This document shows positions 19,841-29,393 of a DNA stretch of 64,000 bases, one piece after another. The notes under the pieces were generated by a model, which saw only the letters and a list, made by a program, of their open reading frames with translations, was not told the origin of the DNA and made no database searches. Each line of letters begins with the position of its first letter. The stretch's first letter is position 1. Source of the DNA: a virus (taxonomy: Duplodnaviria > Heunggongvirae > Uroviricota > Caudoviricetes); IMG/VR virus record IMGVR_UViG_3300021255_002784, positions 24,416 through 88,415 of that record; one strand, 5' to 3'. The position numbers and the translations under genes were made by a program.

Positions 19841-19933
19841 CTCTTTTTTTCTTTTATATATACATAATAGCAATATACGACACGTCTACATATTGGAATC
19901 TTTGATATTCAACCATTCAGAACGGGTCCAATT

Positions 19934-21520
19934 ATGCTTGACACTTTTATTATATATAAAATTACCAGATCAACCATGATTGCACAATACGAAGCATTGA
20001 ACTACGGACCCGCAGGTGGAACGTATCCTATATCAATCAACACGGATGCCATAGTGTCTTACAGAAAGACCTACCAGAACAAACCTATGGTGAATATTCC
20101 GGCTTTCACTGACCACCATCACATCAAACCCGGAATGAACATCATATACTACACCCTCTCGAAAAGGTATCAGGAGTTCATAGATTTTATTCAGGTCTCT
20201 GAAGGAGGGCTGGTTGAGATGCAAGACAGCTGGAGGAGATGTCAGGAATTAACCTCACGAATACCTTCTCCGGATGAAGTGTCTGCGGACGATCTTATAG
20301 TTGAGATGCAAGGCATACAAGAAGAAATGACGAGTGCTATGAAGAGCTACCAGTGGACCGGTATTCCTGTGTTCGACACCCTTAAATTCGAGGTTTATGA
20401 AAATCACACATACAATTTTGACACATTGAACCCTGTAAGCCGTGCGGTTGAGACCTTGAGTCTTATGTTTGATGATTATCAGACGATGACATTGGAGGAT
20501 TTCCAGACCAGAGTAAGCGAGTACTATATCAATGAGCTTCAAATTCGTTATTCTGAAATCCACGAAGTGAAAAGTAACATGTCGTATTTTAGCGAACTCC
20601 TCGATTACCTTATCCAATGCTGTGACAGTATGTATGAAGACACGCGGATCGAAACAGGAACAGATTTGGATGAGATACGGATGAAAGCTCAGTTTAATGA
20701 AAGCGCTTATCAGATTTTTAATGATATACTTCAAAGGACTACTGAATATTTTAGTATCATAACATCGACCGAGGCCATAAGTTCTGACGATGTGAAGCAT
20801 CTCATACCTGCGGTCGGATACAACAACGATGCATTCGATATCATTAGGGATTTGTCATTCATCGAACTCGGGAGTAGTATTGGATTGACCCTTCCTGGGA
20901 GTGATTACAATATATATTCATCTGATTACTCAATTATTTTCCAGGAAAAAGACAATATGTATCATGAAGCATATGAACGAATGTATGAGTATGCCTACAA
21001 TGGTACAGATTGGTTGACGTTTGTTCAAGCCATGGACCCTATTAAAGGGAGTCTGCATAATATCACGGAGCAGTGCAATATTTACAGAAGTTCATTAGAT
21101 GATTTGACAAACACCATCGATGAATTGAAAGGCCTGAAAGACCTCTCAGACACGGATCTAATTGAACGCATCATTGACATCATGAACAGCTTATTGTTAT
21201 TGGAACACCACTCTGAATCGGATATCGACTCCGTGGTCAACCAACTGGATGTCACTAACATCATGCTTCGTTACTACTACGACAACGTGTCATCTGGTTA
21301 TGGGAAAGAATTGGGTACTTGTGGCCTGGTGGATGATGTGATCAGTACATGGTGCGCCTCCCATGACATACATAGTTTGCAATTAGCGGTGAACCACACC
21401 ATCCCTCAACTCATAAATATCCTGAACGAGATATATGAAAACGACAACGTGTCTTCGTTGTATGTTATCAGATTAACCAGCGGGGACACTATTCTCAGTA
21501 GAAGTGTCATCACAGGGTAG
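19934..21520 (+). CDS. hypothetical protein (528 aa)
   Basis: long ORF, acidic; no recognisable motif. Confidence 0.5.
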   Translation: MLDTFIIYKITRSTMIAQYEALNYGPAGGTYPISINTDAIVSYRKTYQNKPMVNIPAFTDHHHIKPGMNIIYYTLSKRYQEFIDFIQVSEGGLVEMQDSWRRCQELTSRIPSPDEVSADDLIVEMQGIQEEMTSAMKSYQWTGIPVFDTLKFEVYENHTYNFDTLNPVSRAVETLSLMFDDYQTMTLEDFQTRVSEYYINELQIRYSEIHEVKSNMSYFSELLDYLIQCCDSMYEDTRIETGTDLDEIRMKAQFNESAYQIFNDILQRTTEYFSIITSTEAISSDDVKHLIPAVGYNNDAFDIIRDLSFIELGSSIGLTLPGSDYNIYSSDYSIIFQEKDNMYHEAYERMYEYAYNGTDWLTFVQAMDPIKGSLHNITEQCNIYRSSLDDLTNTIDELKGLKDLSDTDLIERIIDIMNSLLLLEHHSESDIDSVVNQLDVTNIMLRYYYDNVSSGYGKELGTCGLVDDVISTWCASHDIHSLQLAVNHTIPQLINILNEIYENDNVSSLYVIRLTSGDTILSRSVITG

Positions 21521-21561
21521 TCCGTGTCGAATTAGGAATAACAAAATAATCCAACTAACAT

Positions 21562-21765
21562 ATGAAATCAATACCATCTGCCGACTGGCAACAAGCACAC
21601 TACAAACGCATGGTAGCACATAAGATCCATGAACGTTACAGTGTGGACGACGAGATAGCACTGCTGCGTCAGAAAGACGCCAAACCCGAAGAGTACGAAG
21701 CTTACGTGAAGTACGCAGATGGGTGTAAAGAAACAGTGAAGAAACTCGTTGCAAGAGAAAACTAA
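21562..21765 (+). CDS. hypothetical protein (67 aa)
   Basis: ORF. Confidence 0.35.
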   Translation: MKSIPSADWQQAHYKRMVAHKIHERYSVDDEIALLRQKDAKPEEYEAYVKYADGCKETVKKLVAREN

Positions 21766-21767
21766 AG

Positions 21768-21820
21768 AATTAAGAGGAAATCACTAAAGATTTCCTCTTT
21801 TTTCTTATATATATACATAA
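21768..21820 (+). promoter_or_regulatory. terminator hairpin with conserved ATCACTAAAGAT loop + promoter box
   Basis: GAGGAAATC-ACTAAA-GATTTCCTC hairpin, TTTTTT, then TTCTTATATATATACATAA. Confidence 0.65.
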
Positions 21821-21831
21821 AAGAACAATGT

Positions 21832-23085
21832 ATGGCACAACTTCAATTCACATTAGGAGAGAACATTAACGAGATTCTCTTAGACATAGCGCAGAACAAG
21901 ATGAAAACAGGAGACTTCGATGGCGCCTTACAAGTTTACACACAGTCATTCGAAGGGTTTCCTGAATCGTTAGCCGTAAGTATACTTCAAGGAGAGTACG
22001 CTATCAGACCTATCGATGGTGGACGAAACATTGATGTGACGGACGATGCCAGCGTAGTAGAAGAGAGCCGGTCTCACTTGCAGGATTGGAACTCGGTTAT
22101 CCGTTCTTCTATCAAGCAGATAAAAGAGTACTGCAAGTATATCACGTGGCTGAAGTCTAAAGTGCATATTGATCTCAACGACTATTGCTTAACTCAATAC
22201 ATGACTAATCTGACTAACAACCAGGAAGAGATGACTCCGTTGTGCACTCTGACAGCACGATACTTGGCTGGTCATTATATTGAGGGCAATTACAAACTGT
22301 CCTCTTTTCAACGAATGATGGCTCTGGGTGATGAGAACATCGAAGAGCTCAACAGTGACGAACTAAAGTGCTACTGCATTGTGCGCTATGTACACGCTAT
22401 AAAGAACCTGCATAACGAACTGATCACATTGAGTAAGCTGTATAAAGGATTGCTGAAATGGGATCTAATCGAAAGTGTTCCTTTCATTGCTGACGTGTAC
22501 GAGAACTGTCTACACAATTATCTATCCGACTTCTACGACACGGAAAAAGGTTATCATCATGTGATGTGCGATGAGGAGGTGATTAAGATGAAGGAACGGA
22601 TGTGCGAAGAGATGATCCAGACCGAGTTCGGCAAGGAGTTCTTCAGAAATGGTATCATAGCAAAGAACATCCTCGATGGATATGACGCTGGCTATCTTGC
22701 TCCGGACGGAACATTCTATGGTCTGAGAGGTGAGACTAACGAACTCCTCCACGTACAACTCGGCGACATGCTTGCAGAAAAGAAGTTCAAAGAGTTCAAA
22801 CAAGGTAACTCATTTGATATCGAATACGCTCTTATGCAAGAGGGTTACATGAAGATACACCATGACCGGGTGTTCGGACTGTACGCTTTCAAACGCGATG
22901 AGGTAGGTAAAAATTGCAAGCTGTGGTGTCCTACTGAGGCACAACTCCAGGCCATCTACGAATACGCCAACAAGTTCTATGGTGGGCAGATCAACACAGA
23001 TTCCACCTTCGGATACAAAATGGTATCGGTAAGCGCACTGCGCCAGATGGACGAGATCGCATTACGTAACACATTCAACATCTAA
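21832..23085 (+). CDS. hypothetical protein (417 aa)
   Basis: long ORF. Confidence 0.5.
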   Translation: MAQLQFTLGENINEILLDIAQNKMKTGDFDGALQVYTQSFEGFPESLAVSILQGEYAIRPIDGGRNIDVTDDASVVEESRSHLQDWNSVIRSSIKQIKEYCKYITWLKSKVHIDLNDYCLTQYMTNLTNNQEEMTPLCTLTARYLAGHYIEGNYKLSSFQRMMALGDENIEELNSDELKCYCIVRYVHAIKNLHNELITLSKLYKGLLKWDLIESVPFIADVYENCLHNYLSDFYDTEKGYHHVMCDEEVIKMKERMCEEMIQTEFGKEFFRNGIIAKNILDGYDAGYLAPDGTFYGLRGETNELLHVQLGDMLAEKKFKEFKQGNSFDIEYALMQEGYMKIHHDRVFGLYAFKRDEVGKNCKLWCPTEAQLQAIYEYANKFYGGQINTDSTFGYKMVSVSALRQMDEIALRNTFNI

Positions 23086-23086
23086 T

Positions 23087-23344
23087 ATGAAAGTAATCAA
23101 AGATAAGATAGTGATGGGCGATGCATACTACTTCGTGCTAGCTTATCTGAACGCAACAGATTTCCATCCTGTAATTGGTAGAGGAATTTGTGAATATGAT
23201 AAAATGACAGGTCGTCCAATGTTCAAGATGGACATGCTTGACTACGAGACGTTCCAGGAACTGTTCCGAGAGGGTGTGGAATACATGCTCAGTAAGTCTC
23301 AGGATCTGACATTAGAAAACATCGACAAATACCACTTACAATAA
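23087..23344 (+). CDS. hypothetical protein (85 aa)
   Basis: ORF. Confidence 0.4.
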   Translation: MKVIKDKIVMGDAYYFVLAYLNATDFHPVIGRGICEYDKMTGRPMFKMDMLDYETFQELFREGVEYMLSKSQDLTLENIDKYHLQ

Positions 23345-23922
23345 TGTACCACTTCGTATTACTTGACAATCACACCTGGTATCTCAAGCCAGAAACCGAA
23401 CAAGACGTCCTGGATCACTTCAACAAGGTGATGGGTCGAGAGTTTAGGTTAGGCTTCGAAGATCGTAAGGAGGGTACCCATATTATCAAAGGTATCAACG
23501 ACCCGTCCAAGCCTGAGATAATGTTCAATCACCCATCTAGCCCATGGCGCATAGCTGTGGAGATGGAAGAACTCATGAAAAACCAATCCTGGTTGGGTGC
23601 CGCTGATAGCCTTGAGAGACGAACACTCCAGGATAGGCTCAAACTGCAACGAGAAGGTAGAACGTTGTACCTGTCCAACAACCTCACATACTTCGTTCCG
23701 AACGATAAGAATCCTATGCAGGTCATTGATGAGGTTTGGAAAGAAGAGTTAGTCTATCCTAGCAAGTACGACTTCGATTCAGCACGGTGTGTACTGAACA
23801 CGGATGGTCGATGGGAGGTATATATAGGTGATACTCAGGTTCGTGATGAGTATGGTCACACATCCTGGAGCATCAAATCATACGCAATGGAAATGGCACG
23901 TAAATTCTGTAACAAGATATGA
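23344..23922 (+). CDS. hypothetical protein (192 aa)
   Basis: ORF with overlapping start/stop. Confidence 0.45.
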   Translation: MYHFVLLDNHTWYLKPETEQDVLDHFNKVMGREFRLGFEDRKEGTHIIKGINDPSKPEIMFNHPSSPWRIAVEMEELMKNQSWLGAADSLERRTLQDRLKLQREGRTLYLSNNLTYFVPNDKNPMQVIDEVWKEELVYPSKYDFDSARCVLNTDGRWEVYIGDTQVRDEYGHTSWSIKSYAMEMARKFCNKI

Positions 23923-24314
23923 CACAAGAAAAAGTACTCGAACTGCAGGGTCTGTATCCTGAGTTCCAAGCCGAATGTGAACGAGTAGGCAAAATCATTG
24001 CCGAAGTGAACTACGACGTCAACTCGAACTACACCGATTATGAGTATGCTGGTGAATGTACTCGTTGGTGGGTTGAGGGTGACAACGTGTGTGGTAACGG
24101 CTACGATAGCTGCGGCGACACTATCAGCTGTGAGTTTCCAATTCACTATCTCACTATGTCTGATGAAGCACTGTATCACAAGGTGCGCTGTATCAATGAT
24201 GAGATTCATGAAAAGCGTGAGCAAGCCGAGCAGAAAAAGAAAGACGAGATGCGCAAACGCGAGTTGTCTGAACTAAAACGTCTACAAGAGAAGTACAAAG
24301 ACGAGCTACTGTAA
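23919..24314 (+). CDS. hypothetical protein (131 aa), Cys-rich centre, basic/acidic coiled-coil tail
   Basis: ORF. Confidence 0.4.
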   Translation: MTQEKVLELQGLYPEFQAECERVGKIIAEVNYDVNSNYTDYEYAGECTRWWVEGDNVCGNGYDSCGDTISCEFPIHYLTMSDEALYHKVRCINDEIHEKREQAEQKKKDEMRKRELSELKRLQEKYKDELL

Positions 24315-24570
24315 GGGCGCTCCCGCAGGATAACAAACAAAAGCAGCAAAGACTCATCAAAAATCAATTCCATGGTAACAAAAGGGATATGTTCTATTTC
24401 ATTACCATGGACGGCGTTGCAAAGTTCTTTTATATGGTAGTCGAAGTTGGTTCCAGTGCTAAATCACACAAGCTTGTGAGTGAGTTCACCGAGATGGTAA
24501 CCTGTGATGGTGGATGGGATTGGACTATCATAAGATGCGAACGTTAATCCAGTCTCATAATTAAAAAATT

Positions 24571-24616
24571 CGAGAGAATCACTAAAGATTCTCTCGTTTT
24601 TCTTATATATACATAA
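24571..24616 (+). promoter_or_regulatory. terminator hairpin (loop ACTAAA) + promoter box
   Basis: GAGAGAATC-ACTAAA-GATTCTCTC, TTTTT, TCTTATATATACATAA. Confidence 0.65.
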
Positions 24617-24667
24617 AAGACACGGACGGACTCGTGTGTTAGCTTGAGGATTACATGATCGTTTGAA

Positions 24668-25150
24668 GTGAGTACAGTTCTTAAAAAACAACATGAAACA
24701 ATAAAACAATTCCGAAAAAGTAATATATTAACTCATGGCAAATATTTATATAACAGAAATGATATGATTGAAAATCACGAAACATATCTCGTACGCGAAG
24801 ACGCGGAGCGATTAGCTAAATTGGGGTTCGATTGGGGCAACAGCCGTAACAGTATCTTCTATCCCGAAGACGGATCAGAGGAATGCCCTGATGGTGTTTG
24901 GGCGCCACGAGTAGGTCTTGCTCGGACTTGGTTGTACAATACATACAATGCGGTGGTGATCATTGAGCCCTGGTGGCACAGCCTGGACGAGAAAAACATA
25001 CACGCGTTTAGGTATGCGATATACCTGGACAATGAGCGTATAGATTCCAGGCCCGAATATACGCATCCGGATGAAGCCCTGACCGAGGGTGTCAAGCTGT
25101 GTATAAAACTCATCGCAAAAAAGCATGCTCAATCAACTCAAGAAAGATAG
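24668..25150 (+). CDS. hypothetical protein (160 aa)
   Basis: ORF. Confidence 0.4.
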   Translation: MSTVLKKQHETIKQFRKSNILTHGKYLYNRNDMIENHETYLVREDAERLAKLGFDWGNSRNSIFYPEDGSEECPDGVWAPRVGLARTWLYNTYNAVVIIEPWWHSLDEKNIHAFRYAIYLDNERIDSRPEYTHPDEALTEGVKLCIKLIAKKHAQSTQER

Positions 25151-25463
25151 ACGAGCCGAATGGCCTATTGTTCGTTTCTGGTACACCAGATACAAAGGAT
25201 GCACCATTGAAGAACTGATAGACAAACACCCGGACTTCTTTCTTTGGGCAGTGGCCACGTTTCAAAATGTGACGCCGAATCAAGCTGAGTACTACTACAA
25301 GAAAACTGGACAAAGACTGAATCCAATTGTTATTCAAGATGTGGAGCCTTATGAGTGGCAGAAAGGTGATCCTGAAGAAGACCTGTACATGGAGATCTGT
25401 AGAACACAAGACTTATATGGAACATTACGTAAGTATCGAGGTGAGCAGTTATCTTTGTTTTGA
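25125..25463 (+). CDS. hypothetical protein (112 aa)
   Basis: ORF. Confidence 0.4.
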   Translation: MLNQLKKDRRAEWPIVRFWYTRYKGCTIEELIDKHPDFFLWAVATFQNVTPNQAEYYYKKTGQRLNPIVIQDVEPYEWQKGDPEEDLYMEICRTQDLYGTLRKYRGEQLSLF

Positions 25464-26149
25464 AACAACATATTATGAGTGTATTAGATATTGATGAACG
25501 AATAGAGCAAGCCAGCGAACAAGCCGACCTGTATCTGCGTTGGAAGGCTGAAGACGATGAGTTCCAAAAGAAACATCCAGACAGTCTTATATATTCATGG
25601 TTTGCAGAGCATTCGAAAACATGGAAGCCCGAACCCACATTGGATGTATTTATGGATCCTGATAATCCGCCAGCTCTCACAGAGATTGAAGAAGCATATG
25701 GTAGGCCTCATGTGAAGCTTGGCTGCGGCCATCCGGTTTTCTTTGTTACGTTTTTTTGTCTTGCAAAATACATGGTGGATATAATTCATCCAGGTATCCC
25801 GCCAGATAAGAGTAAAATACCAACTATTTATGCACTGACGACTTTTTCAAAGGTGGTTCAATTATCCATTGCAAATATGACCATATCGTCGCAGTGCGGA
25901 ACGCAAGTGAAGTTTGATATAGATTTTCCACCGATAATTGCCTTAAAAGACGTGACTGAATGGCCGGATTGGTTGATTGATAGCAGAAAATGTAGATGTA
26001 GACAACCATGGGACCGTGTCACATTCTGGATAGATGATAGCTGCGATACAAAATCAATCGATAAACTTATATATCAACCAGGCATATCGTATGGCGATCC
26101 TGCTGGATATAATTTTTTCAGACAATCAGACTATTTTCTTGTGTTCTAA
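25460..26149 (+). CDS. hypothetical protein (229 aa)
   Basis: ORF. Confidence 0.45.
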   Translation: MKQHIMSVLDIDERIEQASEQADLYLRWKAEDDEFQKKHPDSLIYSWFAEHSKTWKPEPTLDVFMDPDNPPALTEIEEAYGRPHVKLGCGHPVFFVTFFCLAKYMVDIIHPGIPPDKSKIPTIYALTTFSKVVQLSIANMTISSQCGTQVKFDIDFPPIIALKDVTEWPDWLIDSRKCRCRQPWDRVTFWIDDSCDTKSIDKLIYQPGISYGDPAGYNFFRQSDYFLVF

Positions 26150-26352
26150 TCACTAAAATTTTGGTTCTGTTTTCATATATTTATATATAAAACAATATAA
26201 CATATGACTACACAATTTCCAAAGCATAAGTTAGACAGAGTTTTCAAAGAATTATTTGAAGATCGGTACGGCGACAATGCCCTTGCCTATATCAGGATAG
26301 GTTGGAATGAAGCAGCCAAGTTTATGTTCAACGAAATGAATAAGGACAACGC

Positions 26353-27003
26353 ATGATAGAGATAGATAACTTTGAGGAAATAGGAAAGCTCCCGAAGTTC
26401 GATATGGAACACGCTTATGTAGTAGAGTTGGTCCTTCGTAAGAAAGACGGCAACACTCAAGCGAAGGGTAACAATAAAAACAGAACTGTCAAGTCTTATT
26501 TGTTCCAGTCGGAAAAACAATGGAATGAGGCACACGATGAGATCATCACTATGTGCAAAGCATTCAACTGTCGCACATATATCAGTTTGAACAGGAAGTC
26601 TGTGATGAACATTCTGTTAGGACTGAACACGAATATCAATGAGCGTCTTCGTCAGTTGTTCTATCACAACCCCACAAGGTTGAATGGGATGGTAGACTCC
26701 GCAGCAATGAAAGCCGCAGTTGATTCTCGAGACGAGCGCCTTTGGGTAGTGGATGTGGATAGTCAAGACCAGAACGATTTAGACGCTGCATTGAATTACA
26801 TCCAAAAGAAGTGTAACATTGTATATCCAAATCCGATAGTAGATCCAATTGTTGTTACTTTGCCAACAGCTCATGGAGTGCATATCATTACCAAGCCGTT
26901 CAACACCAAGGTTTTCAACGAAGAGTATCAACGAGATGGTCGGTACGAAAAACCCGAGATTAAGAAAGAAGCACTTACACTATTGTACGTATATTTACGC
27001 TAA
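26353..27003 (+). CDS. hypothetical protein (216 aa)
   Basis: ORF. Confidence 0.45.
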   Translation: MIEIDNFEEIGKLPKFDMEHAYVVELVLRKKDGNTQAKGNNKNRTVKSYLFQSEKQWNEAHDEIITMCKAFNCRTYISLNRKSVMNILLGLNTNINERLRQLFYHNPTRLNGMVDSAAMKAAVDSRDERLWVVDVDSQDQNDLDAALNYIQKKCNIVYPNPIVDPIVVTLPTAHGVHIITKPFNTKVFNEEYQRDGRYEKPEIKKEALTLLYVYLR

Positions 27004-27251
27004 TGAAGTATATTATGAAGAACCTATTGAAAAAACTATTTGCCATCATAACCCTGATATGTATCAGTGTTCCGTTATGTATAGCCGTATTAGTTATTGC
27101 TACAGTAACACTATGGCCTATATACATTGTTCTCCGTTTACTGGATTGGTCGAACAAAGGTTTCGCTGAACCGTTTGAAGAGTTCATCTTTGCCTGCTAC
27201 ATCTTCGCTGCACTACTTATTTATGATCCATGCGAAAACTTGAACAACTAA
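27003..27251 (+). CDS. small membrane protein (82 aa, two TM helices)
   Basis: hydrophobic segments LFAIITLICISVPLCIAVLVIATVTLWPIYIVL and FIFACYIFAALLIY. Confidence 0.45.
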   Translation: MKYIMKNLLKKLFAIITLICISVPLCIAVLVIATVTLWPIYIVLRLLDWSNKGFAEPFEEFIFACYIFAALLIYDPCENLNN

Positions 27252-27252
27252 T

Positions 27253-27711
27253 ATGGCACGCAAGGTAGAAGTACGAATACTGGAGTATTTCCCACAACTC
27301 AAAAAGAGTTCTTCCTGGGAGGAAGCCTGGGATGTAATGGTTGAGAACACCGAGATCGAAGGATCTCTGGAGGTCTCAGATATAGCAAAAGAAAAGAAAG
27401 TGCAGTTCGATCTGTTCAATCACGAACAGAAAGTTACCACTTTCGAACTTCCATATGAACGGTTTGTGAACAAGGATACCACATTCAACTTTGATATCTT
27501 GTTCAAAGAGGTATTCGACTACTGTATCAAATACAAACTAATTCGCAAACCACGTAAAGGAACAGCATCTACAGACAAACTGACAGAACTTCGGAACGAG
27601 CGAGACCGCCTGACAATGCGCATCTATAACCGGAGCAAGGACGGCAAGGACGTCACGGAACTGCTCAAACAAAAAGAGGCACTAGTGGCGCGCATAAAAG
27701 AACTGGCATGA
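27253..27711 (+). CDS. hypothetical protein (152 aa)
   Basis: ORF. Confidence 0.45.
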   Translation: MARKVEVRILEYFPQLKKSSSWEEAWDVMVENTEIEGSLEVSDIAKEKKVQFDLFNHEQKVTTFELPYERFVNKDTTFNFDILFKEVFDYCIKYKLIRKPRKGTASTDKLTELRNERDRLTMRIYNRSKDGKDVTELLKQKEALVARIKELA

Positions 27712-28406
27712 GTATAATAGACGATAATTTCGTAGAGCACACGGACGAGTTGTTTCTGTTAGGAAGATGGCTTCCGCTGACACCCCATGTATCAAGAATT
27801 TGGACTTGTCGTCCTCCGCTCATATGTAATGATGGAACCATCAATGATAATAGTATAAAAGTAGATGCGGATTATGCGGAATTGATATGCAATACTATGT
27901 TTGATGGTAGGATGACACTAAATGAATTTTGGAAATTGATAGGTGGAATCGAAGTATCTCCCGACTGGATAAATCAATGGAACTCTGTAGCCTGGCGAAC
28001 CGATCAAGAAGACATGGGAAGGTTTAATGAATTGGTCAATGGAGGTTTTATCTCAAAAATCGCAAATGCTTTAATAAAACGATTCACAGATTGTGATATG
28101 CATATCATATCACCAGATGAGTTCGATAGGATGTGCATGTTGTCGATTGAATGTAAAGATGATCAGTTATATAGCGAACCCAGCATACTATTGTGCGCCA
28201 ACTGGTTTGAATTTCCAACCTGTATCAAAATCATGATGACTATTAAAGGAATAGGTTTCAAACTGTTACGAATTTATGGCCAGTCTGATTCTTGGAAACC
28301 CGACATGTTTGTTCTGGACTTATCACCCGAAAAACGTCTATTGGATAAACCTCGAGACATCAATGAATTTATGACGTATCAACAACACAACAATTTTAAT
28401 CTATAA
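27708..28406 (+). CDS. hypothetical protein (232 aa)
   Basis: ORF. Confidence 0.45.
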   Translation: MSIIDDNFVEHTDELFLLGRWLPLTPHVSRIWTCRPPLICNDGTINDNSIKVDADYAELICNTMFDGRMTLNEFWKLIGGIEVSPDWINQWNSVAWRTDQEDMGRFNELVNGGFISKIANALIKRFTDCDMHIISPDEFDRMCMLSIECKDDQLYSEPSILLCANWFEFPTCIKIMMTIKGIGFKLLRIYGQSDSWKPDMFVLDLSPEKRLLDKPRDINEFMTYQQHNNFNL

Positions 28407-28410
28407 CAAT

Positions 28411-28659
28411 ATGAAAGAGAATGACCCTTATTACTTAGGTAACCAAGATTGCCCACCAATCAGAATTACTTTTCAAACTGGCGACAACACTATCATCCAA
28501 GAATTGCCTTGGGATGCGTCAGCTGAAGCCATCTTGACAGCAGTTCATGCTGCGATGATTGGTATGACGTTCCTGAACACCACAGTGATTCATTCCATGC
28601 ACGACTATGCAGAATCGCAGATAGCATCGGAGGAACCGGATTCTACTGAAGATGCATAA
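28411..28659 (+). CDS. hypothetical protein (82 aa)
   Basis: ORF. Confidence 0.4.
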   Translation: MKENDPYYLGNQDCPPIRITFQTGDNTIIQELPWDASAEAILTAVHAAMIGMTFLNTTVIHSMHDYAESQIASEEPDSTEDA

Positions 28660-28780
28660 TCGTAGAATCCACTATTTTTTTTACGTCGGAATCACTAACG
28701 AAGTCTTGAAAAAACCCGAGATTTCATTAAAGATTTCGGCGTTTTTTCTTATATATATTCATATTAGAGAAATAACATAT

Positions 28781-29062
28781 ATGAGCAAGAAGATTACTAT
28801 TTGGCATAACAGTAAGAAAAAGATATCTTTTGTTATCACCGATGAACAGAGTTACAATAGCAACACAATGAGTGCAGATGCCTTTGTTCAATCATTAGTA
28901 CACGTAAGTCAAAACTTTGCATCTGGTCTGTACTGTGAGATAGAGGATCTGAGTATTGCAGACTATGATAAGGTTATCACCTGTATCCGAGATGAGAAAG
29001 AACATAAACTGACTCAAATTCAGAACGAACAAGACAAAAGACAACTCGAAATACAATTTTGA
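28781..29062 (+). CDS. hypothetical protein (~93 aa; start at MSKKITIW after the promoter box)
   Basis: the upstream part of the 28652 ORF is the repeat cassette; an ATG follows TTCTTATATATATTCATATTAGAGAAATAACATAT. Confidence 0.4.
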   Translation: MSKKITIWHNSKKKISFVITDEQSYNSNTMSADAFVQSLVHVSQNFASGLYCEIEDLSIADYDKVITCIRDEKEHKLTQIQNEQDKRQLEIQF

Positions 29063-29393
29063 AATTATGGATGATGAATTAAAACTCCTACAGATCGCAG
29101 GATGGGTCCTTTGGGTCGCAGTAGTAGTAACAGCAGTATTAACTATTTAACAAAATAACCCATGAACAAAACTCTTATTATCGCAACAATCATATTAAGT
29201 CTGGTGAACGCAGGCTTATGCATTATGTCTGATAATTGGTCTGGTGTATGTGGATGGGTAGTAGCGGCTATATCCAATATCGAACTACTAGGAAAATAAT
29301 TTTTAGTTTTTCGCTAACGCAGTCTTGAAAATCTTTGATTTTCATTAAACATTTGACAGTAGTTTCAGATATATACATAAAGAACAATAACAT

